Origin: Podarcis melisellensis
Taxonomy: Eukaryota
Assembly: GCA_964234715.1 (NCBI GenBank)
Contig: OZ174280.1
Strand: one strand, 5' to 3'
Length of the DNA: 64,000 bases
Within the stretch, counting starts at the first letter, position 1, and each line of letters begins with the position of its first letter. Under the pieces are notes generated by a model, which was given only the letters and a program-made list of their open reading frames with translations, did not search any database and had not been told where the DNA came from. Made by a program: the position numbers and the translations under genes. This document shows positions 23,217-37,435 of this stretch, one piece after another.

Positions 23217-25647
23217 GTAAGTCTTTGGCTCAAGTTTCCTTTTTTGTTGTTCCATTGTTTGGGACCATTTCTGAAATTGTCATAACAGCTTATATATTTT
23301 ATTCTTTTAATAAGGCAGTTAGCAAACAGTGTGCTGACAAATACAGCAGAACTAACAGCCTGGATCAGTTTATGCCTCCTTGCAGAGCAGTGATTCATGC
23401 AGAGATACAGGCAGTTAGTTTTCCATACACCCTAAAAAGTCAACTTTTGGGGCTGTAAGAATCAAATGTGCTGTCCAGTTTTAATTCAGAAAAAGCATGC
23501 TTTCACTATCAAGTGTTTGGGGAACTGTCCTGAGATGTTCCATGTAGACTGATTCTGTACTCTTGGCCTTTGTATGTGTTTAAATTAAAAACTAGGAAGT
23601 TTACTTTTTTATTACTGCATCTCAGATGTGTGTGAGGTGTTCTACAGAGTACATAAGGACAGGTTTCTGCCCTATTTAGCTTGCAGTCAAAAATCTGACA
23701 TGGGGGAGACAGGAATGGATGATGATTTTGGTTGCATGCAGTTGGGTTTGTTACAGTTAAGCATTGAGGGGTGTGTGCCAAAGGCTTCATAGAAAATCTG
23801 TGTATTAAGGAGGGATTTGAAGAATAATTACTTCTGCACCTTTGTTCTGAATGAGAACAGCTTATGGATAATGTTGTGTATGTTCTTTGATTCTGTATAA
23901 GTGCAGAATTCACTTTAGAATCTTAACATGTATTTAAAATGAGTTTCTAGTGACTGGCTAAGAAAGATTGAGGAATGACTGCTAAAACATTCAGAACCTA
24001 TTGGGCAGTAGTGTAGGTTATTAACCATACTTAAGGACATAAGAAGATCACACCCAAAATCCAACTAGTCCAATGTCCTGCTATTGACTCTGGCCAATCA
24101 GATGCCTCTGGGAAGCTCACAAACTCAGCATAAAGGGAATGCCACTCTCCCAGCAACTAGCTTTGGAGGTACATTGGCTATGAATCAGGAAGTTTTCTTA
24201 AGCCAGTGGTTGGCTTAAGACTGAGTATAGCCTCTCAATTTGCCCTGCAAGACTTTTAGCCAAGCTATGTCTACTTGTCCTATTGGTCAGTAAAGATGTG
24301 ACTGTTCCAAAAAAGGGGGTTGCAGGCTCTACTGATTTTCATCATTGGCAGCTCCTGCAAAGCCTGCGTGGCTCTTTTCAAGTTTCAACAAGCAGCTGAT
24401 CTTAGGTGCTTGCAGAGACCCCTTTAAAGACCACTGGTTCTGTGCAAGCACATCTGATCACCAGTGCATGCAGAGAGCATGGTGGATCATTGGGGCTTCA
24501 AAGTGCTGCCACTGCTCCTGCCTGTCAAATTTGGTGATTTGAGGGGTGGGGGAGATAGGGATCTAGCCTGCTTGCCTTGCCAATAGCTGCTGATAGACCT
24601 AACCTAGCCTTCATTAATTTGGCTAGTGGTCTTAATGGCAATGGATTCCATAAATTAATTACACCTTGTAAGAAGAAATTACTGTTTTGAACCTACTGCT
24701 GATAAATATCTAATATCTAATAATAAAAATTAACTCTCTCCACCTGCATTCGTGCCTCCAGTCATCGCCCATGACTAGAAGTAGAACAAATTATGCAAAA
24801 GGAGACTTGCCATAGAATGAGTTACCTTTCGCACAGAACTATTTTAATGTAGCTCTGCTTATGCCTTTGCACAATATTGTTTCCAGATGATTGCCGGTAA
24901 CACTGATTGGCTTAATTATTGATTCCTGGCATTCTTAATAATGAATACCTGGTGTACTATCCTATGTATAATTAACTGTAACTATAATTTGAAGTTGTGT
25001 TAAGGCATTTGGCTGAACACATGAATGGTCTTCAGTGTATTTGCATGCATAGCACTCCCCCTAGTCCCTGACCATTAACGTGTTCAAGTACAGGGAATTT
25101 CCACTCACATGCAAGTGAGGGTGAGTAGGAGCCTGCTGCAGACCTTCCAGCTCGACGTGGGTGGTTGGGAACAGTGTTAGGAACTCAGATACATAAGCTA
25201 GGCACCAAATGACTCCCTAAACCAGCGTTCCGTTTGCCAAAAGGGAATGTCTAGTTGCCATTTGCGGGGCAGACGACTCAAAAGTTGTATTTTTCAATAC
25301 AACTTTTTGGTTTCTGAAATTCATTCTGATTGTGCAGATAAAATATAATGGGCAGAATTCTACAGGATATGTTGCTAGTGTGTGGAAACAGTCCAGTTCC
25401 GAGGATCCCCAGGCATCCACCGCCTGATGAGGGCGATGTCTGGGCACCAGGATGGCACCTGACATCTTCACTTAGTCACAAGTGGCCAATAGTCAGGTGC
25501 AAAACACACATAGCAAATTCTGAACACTGGTTGGAAACATAGTGTGAAGTGTAACACACAGTTGAGCCTGAACATGCATGCCTTTAGCCAATTGCAAATG
25601 TTATAATACTTACAAATTAATGTCCAGTTATTTTTTTTGTTCTGAAG

Positions 25648-25763
25648 CCCTGTACTTTTAGAAGACTTGCTACACTTATGCAGGACGATGACAGCCAAAT
25701 TCCCCTTATTGGGTAAAAGAATGTTTGCTCAAGACAACAGAGTGGCAGCTGCATGGGAACGAG
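25648..25763 (+). CDS. MRPL37: MRPL37 coding exon 3
   Basis: tctgaag|(C)PVLLEDLLHLCRTMTAKFPLLGKRMFAQDNRVAAAWER|gtatgt; 116 nt; phases fit neighbouring exons. Confidence 0.92.
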
Positions 25764-27137
25764 GTATGTCTCTTTATCCCAGTAGAATTGTCTAAAAGAA
25801 CACCTCTCCCTGTACTGTCCACCATATTGCATTAAGGTCAGCTGGAGAAGCCCTGCTTATGGCCACACCCCTGTGGAGCGTGGTGGGACAGGGCAGTGGT
25901 GGCTCCTTCTTGGGGAAATATGGTCAGCCCTCACCATTAAGAAATAAAGGCATATGATCTGTTTGCTCGGAAGCTTATGGAATTTTATTGGTGATTTTTA
26001 TTTATTTATTATTTGGATTCTGTTTCTAGTTTTTATATATCCATCTTTTTTGTAAGCCATCTTGGGATCCAGATTGGAGGAAATGTGTGGGATTCTAACA
26101 AACAAGTCAAAATAAGTATTTTGTTTATAAGGAAGGTTCTGTAGAAAGATTATAAGGTCCACAGCTTAGCATCAGAAAGAGTGCCCTTGAGGTAAAATCA
26201 CAAGATCTTCTATGTCATGAGCCTTTTTCTGTAGGTTAACAAAAAGGGAATAAGTAGAAGGATAGAGAAAATCCGATAGAGCTAATTCCCATCATCCCCC
26301 ACTGTTGGCCAGTCTGGCTGGGAACTGATGGGAGTCCTGACAACATCTGGCAGGTCACAAGTTTCCTACCCCTACTATAGAGCCAGTGTTATACAAGTAA
26401 CATTATTTGTTAGAGCTGTGCTGCTGCAACAAAACGGCTTTTATAGCTCTTCTGAAATTAGAGGGGACTGTTCTTTACTGTAAACTTGAAAAATGTGCAC
26501 ATTTGATATAAATGCTGAGTCTTTAACAGGACATTTCTGTAAAATACGTATTGGTAGTTTATGTTCTCAAAGCATTTGGGACTTGTGTTCCTGAAAATAA
26601 TAGAGCTTGATCAAAAAACATGATCTTAATTTTGATCATGAACCAATTGATTTCCTTAGCTTGATCTGCTGACCATCTACCCAGTCCCTGTAGTGACTGA
26701 TTTCACTTGCTCTCAGTCTTGGAGGGCAGAAACCCTTTATAGAAAATATACCATGTTTCATTGACATCCACACTAGCCTAGGTTCCTTTCCTAGCCAAGG
26801 GCGTGCCATTACATTTTCTGGAAACTGATGGTTCCAAGAATACAACAGTAAGCTCCCCTAAGTAAGTATATGGGAGGTATCCACAATCACTCAATGATGA
26901 CTTGTAGATTTAGCTATGCATATTCATGGGAAGTGGTGAAGGTCTTCTTTTGCTCAACATGGGAGGAAGCATGAATAGGAGAGTGCTAGTACCTGCTGTC
27001 CAAACAGAAAAAGAGATTGCCCCGTGCTAGTGGATTACAAGAGTATTTTCGGAATGGTATTCATATGGGTCAGCTGATAGCGTCAGCATAGTTCTAGTGA
27101 GGAAGGATCTATTTACAGTCCACTGTTTCCTTTACAG

Positions 27138-27323
27138 AATCTGTTCTACTTCAGGTTCGTGGTCCCCACGGGAAGATTTTGAATGCAACGAACCTTCTAC
27201 GGCCTATAGCCTCCAAAGATGAGATATTAGCCACTGAAAACCACACTTTAGAAACCTTCTACCCTGTTTTGCCTACAATTGACCTTCAAGAAGTTCATGC
27301 ATATGACATAAAAAATGATACAG
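27138..27323 (+). CDS. MRPL37: MRPL37 coding exon 4
   Basis: tttacag|(E)SVLLQVRG...[19 protein letters not shown]...KNDT|gtgaat; 186 nt. Confidence 0.95.
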
Positions 27324-27540
27324 GTGAATTTCCTAGAGCTTGGAGGATTAAGAAAAAAAAATCATTTTCACAGAAGTTAATTTGTTATGGATGAGATTGT
27401 ATCAGATGGCATATGTGAGAATAGGGGGTTGAAGTCAACACACTAAAATGTCAGGTTTCTTAATTGCACTTTAGAAATTGTCTTCTTCTTGAGCAATGAG
27501 TTGTGAAATAGTTCTAACTATCACCTGAATTGTGCTTTAG

Positions 27541-27692
27541 GTTTCCGAGAAGGGTACCCATACCCTTATCCTCACACTGTGTACATTGCTCAGTATGACA
27601 CCGTACGTAAAATGAGGCCACCACAGCTTCAGGCGAAAATGATAATGTTTGCTTTTGGGAATGCTCTGGCCAAAGCAAAGGAGCTATATGGG
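27541..27692 (+). CDS. MRPL37: MRPL37 coding exon 5
   Basis: ctttag|(G)FREGYPYPYPHTVY...QAKMIMFAFGNALAKAKELYG|gtgagt; 152 nt. Confidence 0.95.
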
Positions 27693-28899
27693 GTGAGTAT
27701 TAAGATTTTTGTAGGAAAACTATGGCATATGCTGTCCAAATTAGGAGATGGCAGTTAGTTGCTTCTATTCGTCCAATCATTCCATTAATGGTCACCATGC
27801 TAGCTGCTGTTCCTGACTCAGAGGCAAAAGTTTGCTGAAGCTCCTTCTGTGCTTTGCTCTCTAACCTTCCATGGGCAAATCCACATGGAAGCTTGGTGTG
27901 TTTCAGAGTTGGGGTTTTGGCAGTGCTAGGACACTGTGGTATTGTGATCCATAAGTTGCATTAAAAAAACCCCTAAAAAGCTGGCACTTTCCATTTCTGC
28001 TGTCCACAGGGAGTGTGGGATTGTTGGGGACTGACTGATGTAGGAAAACAAATTCTTGTTGCTAAGTTGTATGGTCCTTGTCATCCAGTAGTCTAACTGA
28101 AAAGCCTTGATTGAATTCTAGGTCAGTTGTGGGCGTCATGGTACTCTATTCAACATGAGTTTCTCATATAAAATACTGAATAAATAATAGTCTGGTAAAT
28201 GTCTGGTACCTGAACAGAAGAGGAAAAAAGCCCAATGGGATTGAAGCAGCTTTTTAAGCTGATAGTTGGTATTTGAATTTATGAGCATGGAGAGCTGTCA
28301 CAGATTGTCCTCAAGTCCTGCAGCTTTTGTTGAGGTTTGGCTTGGCCTCTGGCAAACCCTCCAAGTAGGTGCCACTTCTTCCCCCAAACTAAAATCAGAC
28401 ATAATTGTAGTTCTCTGTCTTGCTAGCCTGTCTTATCAACCCAAAATGTTTTCCTGGCCAGATGTTTGCGCTGCTGTCTAGCATCTTTCTACCATCCATT
28501 GTGACCCTTTCCTGCGCTACCTTCTATCCCCAGTTATCCACATGTGGACAGACAACTTTACATGTTTTCAAGTACATTCGGGTGGCAAAGCTTAAGAGTA
28601 AATCAGGGATGGGGGAATCTGTGGCTCATTAAGGGTGGTTGGACTCCGCTGGTAAGGATGATGGGAATTGCAGTGCAACTGCACCTGGAGGGCCACAAGT
28701 TAACCACCTGATACAGCCACACTGTGTGCCTTTTTATCTTTATTTCATTAACAAATTAAGAATTGAACCCATTCCCGGTTTCACCCAGTTATAAAATAGG
28801 CAGTATTCTTCTTTTTAATACTGTACAGCGTTTCTCTTGACCAACGGAGCTTATCCTATGGCTTCTTATTTCACACTTCCCTCTCATGCCGATTTCCAG

Positions 28900-29100
28900 G
28901 ATGAGCCCAGGGTCCTGGAGAACCCCATTGTTGTGCAGACTGTAGCTACAGATGGCCAACGCTTCCATTTCCTGGTGTTCCAGTTGAATACAACAGATCT
29001 AGACTCTAGCAACGGTGTTAAAAACCTGGCCTGGATGGATGCAGATCATCTGTATGAGGATTTCAGGAGTCGTCCAGTAATCAAGAAGAAAGTTGTCCGG
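28900..29100 (+). CDS. MRPL37: MRPL37 coding exon 6
   Basis: ttccag|[34 protein letters not shown]...KKKVVR|gtatgt; 201 nt. Confidence 0.95.
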
Positions 29101-29649
29101 GTATGTTGATGAAGGTAGAATGACTTGCTGCCGCAGGAACTCGGTCTAGCTTTATAGTTTAGACAGAAAAGCTTGGAGACTAAAAGGCAACATATTAATT
29201 CTCTGAACCTAGAATAGGGGGCATCCTGAACATCATTAAGTTAGACTCTCAGTAGCACTGAGGTGCTTCATGCCCAGCACCCATGTGATTACTTAGAGTG
29301 CATTACAAGCAGAAATGACCAGTGTGTATCATTGTAAAAGTACACGTAACATCGTAACAGGCATGCACAGATGCCTTAACGATAATGCCACACTCAAGGG
29401 CATGTTGGCTGATTAGAGCCTGGTTCTGACAACATCTCTTCAGGATATCCAAAAGTAAAAAAAACAACAACAAAACCTTAAGTTGTTTGAATCCTTTTTA
29501 TATCCTCTTCAAGAAATTACTTCCTTTCCTTTGTTTCAGGGAAGGGACAGGATGAGAATAAACTTAAGATGGTATTTGAGCACAGTGAAATGTATTGCTG
29601 TATTAATGTGTATGACAGACATTGAAAATCCAAAATTTCCCCCCTACAG

Positions 29650-29727
29650 ATTCCAGCTGGAATACATGGCTATCAACCAGACACATTCAAGAAGTTCCTG
29701 GCATTGTACTTGCATGGTGTCGTGTGA
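29650..29727 (+). CDS. MRPL37: MRPL37 coding exon 7 (stop TGA)
   Basis: cctacag|IPAGIHGYQPDTFKKFLALYLHGVV*; spliced total 433 aa. Confidence 0.94.
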   Translation: MPAGIHGYQPDTFKKFLALYLHGVV

Positions 29728-29812
29728 GCAGAGCTCTGCCTTTGTTTCCTCCTGTAATGCATATGCTTACTGTGCAGTTAAGGGTTAGAGACTATTTAAT
29801 TTTTTTTAAAAA

Positions 29813-29818
29813 AATAAA
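29813..29818 (+). terminator. Probable MRPL37 polyadenylation signal
   Basis: AATAAA ~85 nt after the stop codon. Confidence 0.7.
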
Positions 29819-31590
29819 GTTTCTTTATATATAAAAGTCACATGTAAATAATATTGTTTCAATCTGCTGTCAGAACATTTAACACCTTAATATTGGTGTT
29901 CATTTTGAATAATTAAGTGCCAGTGTTCTACTTTTACAAGAAAGAATGGAAAGCAAAATCTAGTTCTGCACTTAAGGCTAACTAATCCTGTCTTTCATCC
30001 TCATAGCAGCTCATCCCCACCCCACCCCCGCCAAAAACACCCCAACTTAGGTTGAGTGACAATATTAATACAAGTTCTGGGGTGGCAGCAATCAAGTAAT
30101 GCATTTTTACGAAACATCTTCAGTTGCATTTGTTCAGTCATTAGGCAGTAGGTGACATTCTAGGGCTTCAAACAGCCAAGCTGAAAGTTGTTATTCCAAA
30201 CAAGTACAGTATATAGTGTCTTAGTTGCAGAGGAAGAATTCTAAACAATGAGAGAACTAGTTGAGATTTAAGAAGATCAAATCTCTCAAATGTTTTGAAG
30301 GTTCATTTAGACCATAATGATACACACACCAAGGATGTATACCAATAGAAGTATGATGTCTATAAAGAGGTCTGTGTCGTTGATACATTCAGGAAGTTGT
30401 TTTTTTAAAAAACAGCAAGCTTCCTTTAGAAAAGGAATCTAACTTTCTCAAATATAACTTGACAATAAATTAAGTGAGACAAAGTTTTTTTAAAAAAAAA
30501 TCTCTAAAATTCATCAGAAGCAGGAAACTGAACAAAGCTATTTGGGTTGCTAGAAAACAAATGGGTGAAGAGTGATTAAAGCAGCAAAATTGAATAAATT
30601 CACTGCATATAGTCAACAGTGGAAGATGTAGGACAGAGACTTGTGCCTGAACTTCCAGGGAGGGAGTGTAAAGAACTCAGAGCGGCCAAGAAATGAAGTG
30701 CTTGGGAAGGGGTAGTTGTTGTGCACTGTACTTCCTACCTTCCCTAACCATTAGTCACTCTGGCTAGGGCTGATAGAAATAGTAGTGTGCAACATCTGGA
30801 GAGCGCCATGTTGACTCTCAATGTTCTTGTAAAGTTAGATGGCATTAGCTATTTGCTACTATAGTCTAATGTAGCACTTTTAAAAAGGGAGCAGGATCAT
30901 GCAAATTGGAAGTTAGTTAGCTTATCATCTGGGCCAGGTCAACTGGTAGAGAGCATTATTAAAAGATCATTTAAGAATCAACATGGTTTCTGCCACGGAT
31001 AGTTCTTCAGTAGATTCCTGAGCAAACTTCACCGCTATGGGATAAAATGACAAGTCCTCATGGATGGGTAACTGGTTGGTAACAACAACAACATTATTTA
31101 TACCCCTCCCATTGGGCTGGGTTTCCCCAGGACACGGAGAGCGAGAATAAGTGAATGGTCCTCTTGTTGGAGGGAAGAAAGAAGTAGAGCTCTCCATATC
31201 TGCATTGATATGCAGTTACCAGCTGAATTATATTTTTCAACTTAACAAAGTACAACCACAGTGCTGCTAAAGATGAAACATGTTTCCAACAAATGATTGG
31301 ATCTAGCATTTGGGGTCCTTTCATGAAAAAAAAATGTAAGATTTGTGCTTGGTGGGGAGAAAGTGGATAGTTTCCTGCTTATCGGGATTCAGCAAAGAGA
31401 CCCATTAGCAGTTGGTCCAGGACAGACAAAAGAACATTCTTCTCATAAAGAATAACTTTTGGAATTTGTTGACAAGATGCAACAAGCGCTAACTTAGATG
31501 GCTTTAAAAGATTAGACAGACCACTGTAGAATAACTCTGTGAACAATTACTAGTGGTGATGATGATGGTGGCTATAGGCAATCTCTAGGT

Positions 31591-31797
31591 CAGAGCTTTC
31601 CAAACTTTTATTCTTGGTGACAAACATTTTAGACATGCATCTTTTTGCGACTACGGCAATTCAGTTTTGCTGGCAAACTGGAGGTTAAACTAACCCCTTT
31701 CCAGCCCCTTGGGGAACGCAGGGAGCATTCACACGACACACCTACACATTGCAGCTGACACACTAACGTGTTGTGAGACAGAGCTTGAAAAGCTCTG
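31591..31797. mobile_element. hAT-type MITE inside a CR1 fragment
   Basis: TIRs cagagctttc / aaaagctctg; perfect 8-bp TSD CTCTAGGT at 31583-31590 and 31798-31805. Confidence 0.85.
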
Positions 31798-34316
31798 CTC
31801 TAGGTTCAAATGCCTCCAAGGACCAGTTGCTAGTGAGTAACAGCAGTAGAGAGGACTGCTTTCATATGCTTAAGGTCTAGCCAGAGGCTTTTGGTTGGTC
31901 ACTGGGAAAGAGGGGACCAGTCAGCTCCTGAGAAGTTCTTGTGGGGGTAAGAGGAAACAACAGGATGTAGAGGCTTGCCATGTTACTGTGCTGCATCTGC
32001 TGGCACATTCCCCATCTTTTTTGTAGAAGAATGTAAATCTTTTGAAAAGATAATGGCATGCACCCAAAAGGGACAGAGCTCCCTAAGCAAGAGAGGTTGC
32101 ACCACCCTACTGCATAGTTGCAGTTAGCTTCTGATCAAGCAAGAAGCAGCAAAACTTTGACAAAGCAATTCTGCTTACAGGAAAGCTAGTTGTAGAAAAA
32201 AATATTTCCAACTGAAACATTGTGAGCTTCTTAATTAATTGTGCTTCTCCAAGAAACAGAAAATTCTTTTCGGCTTGGTTGAATTTTATTATTTGCATAG
32301 AACTGAGGAGAAAATCTATTTTACAACCTCATCTTTATGTAGCTAATAATATACTAGCTGCAGGAGGCTTTCCAACATGTTATTGTCAGGTCTTGCTAGG
32401 GATGTCAACAGCAATTGCCTGTGTGATGCTGGATACATCATCTTAACACGCCACAGGCCCTCAAAACTGGCATCTCTTTGCCACTTCAGGACTGGATGGA
32501 TTTTGACAGATGTAGAACTGACTTGTGATGCAGGGGAGCTATCCGATACCAGAGATTTTCAGCTACCACGATGGTAGCACTCGGCAGCTCCTCAGCCACA
32601 GCGAGCAAGCCATCAGACAATGGCTACACAAGGCCTAGTGCTATACAGGGAGACCTGGCTGAGCGGTTTGTGTCCTTTAGATATGAAAAGAAAACGCATC
32701 AACAAAACCACCAGGAACAATCTGTATTCTCAACACGCCTTTCCACCCTCTTGTTTCCCTCTGTTATGAGCACAGACAAATGCTCTCTCCTCCTACAGTT
32801 TCTATACTACGGTGACAATTCTAAGGCTAGGCCCCAGGGACCTGCCAGAGTGTTTGTGATAGGCTTTTGAAGTTGCTCCCACTCGTTGATCTCTTTGTCT
32901 GAACTGTTTCAACAGGTATGCATGGCTCAGATAAAACACAGTGCATGATGAAGCCTGTATGCTGTTCAAGGGGAGAATTGTTTCTTAAAACAGCATGTTC
33001 CCTTGATGTGAAGCTAGTATGAAATCAAACTCTGCAGGCTGTGCTAATAGCTCTACCAGGGGTTTGCATGTGCCCACAAACAACTCAATCTTAGACTTCA
33101 GTTGCACACATTCTTCCTGTACTCCCTAACAGGGAAAAAGGAAAATGGGAAATGAACGCATTGCACAATTGGCGTTTCGTTTTTATCTCATCTAAGGCCA
33201 GCTTGGGACAGGCTCTTGCCACCTACCATTTGTAGTCCAGCGCTAGACTGAGGACAATGATCCCCCTGGGTGTTCTGAAATAGAATTAGCATAACCAAAT
33301 AATAGACATTCATGATGTATAATTCCCACCACCACCACCCACACATCAGAATAGCTACCTTAATTTGCAGCCAATGTTATGACCAAGCAATATTCCGTAT
33401 GCTCTAGAACCATAAACCAGCAGGTTTGTATACTATAAACTTCTAATGCTTTAGCTAAAGTATTCTAAAACCCAGCAAACACCTTCACTGCAAAAACGGA
33501 TCTAAACAAAATTCCCAGTTTCACAGCAAAACATTGCATTAAAAAATTCTGCAATTTATATCGTAGGAAGGAATGTAAAGTCAGATTTCTGATAACACTT
33601 TTTAAAAAAAAGTTTGAAGTGTATAGCTTTTACTACGGTGGGGTAGAGGTGGGGCATTGGGATAACTTTAAATCCATTCTCTTTGTTTGTTAATGACTTA
33701 AACAACCTCGTCCCAAACTATTACAGAAGGAAGCAAGGAGAGCAACAGCTACAAGAGCGCTGGCAAGATGCAGGATTGGCCATAGGGACCCTGCTGAACA
33801 GCTGGCCGGTGGCAATTCCAACAGCTGCATGCTGGCTGGTACAAAGGAGATGCTGCGTACAAATGAAAGTGCAAGAGAGCAGCAGAACCAATGAGTGGCT
33901 CCCCTAGGGCCACTGAACCGGTGGTCCTGGATTAAGAGATTAAGAGAAAGGAATCGGAGAGCTGCCTTGGGGGTTCACTGAAAACACCTGCAAGTGCATT
34001 TAGCCTTCGCAAGTAGTCCAAGGGTTGAGGCAGGGCTTAGGGCCTGTCAGCAGCTTGAAGAATAAAAAGCAGCTGTGGGGAGCAGCACATCACATCTCTT
34101 GGGCCGTTTCTATAGTCTCTGCAGGTGCCCAGTCTTAAGCAAACCATTGCTTAAGGCTGGACAGTGTCAAAGTGCAAGTCAGCAAAGCATGTGATCCTAT
34201 GGTTAATAATCCTAATGAATATTAAGTTGTAACTCCCCACAATGCTTCCACCGTAGGGGAGAAGAACATTTGTGGCTACCCAGCCAGATGGTATAAATAA
34301 TAAATTATTATAATAT

Positions 34317-34343
34317 TACTACTACTACTACTACTACTACTAC
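34317..34343 (+). repeat. (TAC)n microsatellite
   Basis: ~9 TAC units after an AT-rich retroposon-like tail. Confidence 0.9.
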
Positions 34344-36414
34344 AAAAGCCAGAAGACCCAACCATTTAAAGTCATCTGGCTTTCTTAACTGGGGACTTTG
34401 AAGAAACAGCTGGATTAATTCATTTTATTTCATTTCTGCTGTGGGGGGGACGACATATCTTCAGTAATGAGATAATTGGAAGCCTGTCTTCTGTAACAGA
34501 TCAACAGATATTTGATGGATTGCCCTGCTCATAAAAATATACCACTTCCAGTTACCAGAACAAATATGAAGTCAAATTCCTGCTATTTAATCTTAAATTT
34601 AGACAAGCTGCTATTATATTATTTGGAGGAAGACAGGAGTATAACAAGCAAATGGTTAATACCTGTAGCCGTCAGTGGAATTTGCTGTGATGGATGTGTG
34701 TGTGTCTATATAAAACCATGGCCTACCATGTTTAAATGGATCCTAGTTCTATGGCTTCCACAAAGTGCTAAATAGGCAAACATGCCCCAGGGATAGCCTT
34801 AGGCAAGCTGATGGTTTGGTGGAGGCCAAATCTTGAGAGAAATAGGGAGAAAGGCATTAGCTACCAAATCTAGGGTCTCAGGCAATTCTCCCTTTACTCC
34901 CATAGCCTTTACCTGGGAGGTGAAGACAGAACATACCTGCCCCTCAAGATTCTGCTGGGCTCCAAACTTTTATCAGCCATGCAATGGGCTTTTGGTTTGA
35001 CCAATGCCAGCATCAATAATAAGGGGCAGCTGAGACAGGCATTGGGCTGGAGCAGGAGAAGAAGTCTCCCTTCTGTGGGGAGAAAGGGCCAGAAGAGGTT
35101 CTTAAAAGAAAGAAGAAAGTGGAACAAAAGATTAATATTTAATCAAAATAAACTGAAGATATGTTATTGGGAAAAATGTTGTAGGTAGAAAGTAGTGAAT
35201 GTCTAATTAACAGGGAGGAGGGATGAAAAAAACCCTGGCAGCTGAGGGGGATGGATAAGGTACAAAGCCGAGCATGAAGGGAAGGTGGGGGGTATGGGAT
35301 GAGAGATGGGTAAAAATTCATTGAAATGCATGTGGGGATGAGATGGACACATGCCTTTTAGAACCTTTGGATCAGCAGAGTCTGACTAAAATGGAGAGGC
35401 TGTTAATAGCTCCAGAGCAAGACAGAGCTATGGAACTCCTTGCCACAAGGAAAACAGTGGTAAAGAATGCAGTGGCAAAGTATCCAATGCTAGATTAGCT
35501 CTTAGCTGAAAATGATGTCAGTAATTGCTGGCTGATTATATAAAAAGCCACCTGTCTCCATTTTATGACTGGCACTGCCCTTGCACCACCATTTTGAGAG
35601 TGTGGGGCAGTGGTCATTTTCAAACACCTCAAGTGGGCTGTGGGGGAAGGAAGTTTGAGAAACCCTGGATTATGCCACAGATGTACAAAGTGGCTTCATG
35701 CATGTGGCATGCCTAGATAACACACATCAGTGATTATCAAGTTTTATCACTACAAAGAATAGGATGCAGAAGTGGGCATTGTATTTAGCACTCAGAAAAT
35801 GTCAGTCTTTTGGTACTTTTCGCTCATGTAGTTAAAAATATAGGCTTGATAGTCCTCAGGCAATGCCTGTTTAAATCTTACAAGCAGAGAAGCGCAGCAG
35901 GCTGCCATCACAATGTGGTATTCGCTTGCGCAGTAGAACTTCCCCCATCCCTTTCTCCACATGCCTCAGAACAGATATAGGGAGGATGTGGGGAGAGTGG
36001 GGACTTCTGTTGCGCAAGAAAGCAAGCAAGGTAGTCAGATACTGCCCAGAGCTTGAAATGCTTTGTCCCTCTCTGATCCCTAATAGGATCAGAATAAATT
36101 ATGTATGAATAAATTTTGCGAAACACAGCTTAGTGCAATATTTTGGTACATTTTAAAAGAAGGCCCTCCATACAGTTTGTGAGCAAAATACTTGAAATGC
36201 TGGCCCCAAGAGAAGCTGTAACTCTACTGCAGTATTCATCAACTGCCTTGCTCCCTGTCCCTGGGATGAATCAGGATTTAAGTGTTGCTGAGTCCAAGTG
36301 CCGTGTTGTTTAGATGTGAAAAGGTAATACATGGAGGGCAGGATTTAGCGAGTCTCGCTAGCGGAAGCCCATGCAAGGTCTACTGCTAGTACAACGGGGC
36401 TGCTCCCCCATGTG

Positions 36415-36474
36415 GTTGTTTAGTCATTTAGTCGTGCCTACTCTTCGTGACCCCATGGACCAGAGCACGCCAGG
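36415..36474 (-). mobile_element. BovB/RTE-like 3'-end fragment
   Basis: gttgtttagtcatttagtcgtgcctactcttcgtgaccccatggaccagagcacgccagg resembles the reverse complement of the BovB tail (recalled). Confidence 0.65.
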
Positions 36475-36729
36475 ACCATATGCCCCCCAAATTCCCTGGA
36501 GGTTTTTTCTGCGAGAATCACCAGAACAGCATGCAGGAGATTGTTCTACCAAATGCTTTGAGCTGAGCTGACAAGAGCAATTAGCACCATTTTGAATTCC
36601 TCCCAGTATTGCTTTCTGTGTAAAAAAAAAAAATACTTGGGAGAAGTCAGACCATTCTGGGAGTCCTTATGCTAGAGAACCAGGAGGGAGGAAGCAGAGT
36701 GTTGCGGGCCTTTTCTGCTTTTAATCAGA

Positions 36730-37435
36730 TGGCTGCACTTAGGCTGGAAGAACCAGACAAATATAGGATGGGGGAACACCTCGCTTACTAGAAGTACATG
36801 TGAAAATGATCTAGGGGTCTTGGTAGACCACAAGCTTAACATGAGTCAACAGGGTGATGCAGCAGCAAAAAAGCTAATGCTATTCTAGGCTGCATCAACA
36901 GAAGTATAGTGTCCACATCAAGGGAAGTAATAGTCCTACTCTATTCTGCCTTGGTCAGACCCCCACCTGGAATACTGTGTCCAATTCTGGGCACCACAAT
37001 TTAAGAAGGATGTTGACAAGCTGCAACATGTGCAGAGGAGGGCAACCAAGATGATAAAGGACCTGGAAACCAAGCCTTACGAGGAGCGCTTGAAGGAGCT
37101 AGGTATGTTTATTCTGGAAAGGGGAGACAGAGAGGAGATATGAAAGCCATTTTCAAATATTTTAAGGGCTGTCACATGGAAGGGGGAGCAAGCTTGTTTT
37201 CTCCTGCTCTGGAGGGTAGGACTCGAACCAATGGCTTCAAGTTACAAGCAAGGAGATTCAGACTAAACATCCAGAAAAACTTTCTGACATAAGAGCTGTT
37301 TGGCAGTGGAAAAGACTCGCACGAGAGGTGGTGGACTGTCCTTCCTTGCAGGTTTTTAAGCAGAGGTTGGATGGCCATCTGTCATGGATGCTTGATGACC
37401 CTTGGGGTCCCTTCCAACTTTTAAGATTCTATGAC
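36730..37435 (+). mobile_element. CR1 LINE 3' fragment (RT C-terminus and 3'UTR)
   Basis: Decayed DLGVLVDHKLNMSQQ...ANAILGCINRS...[11 protein letters not shown]...; ends cccttccaac..gattctatga. Confidence 0.9.

Noticed and set aside
23715-23850. Box C/D snoRNA (ATGATGA)
   Set aside because: No suitably placed box D with terminal stem.
25380-25445. Hammerhead-like GAAAC..GTC..CTGATGAG in MRPL37 intron 2
   Set aside because: The required helices I-III cannot be paired.
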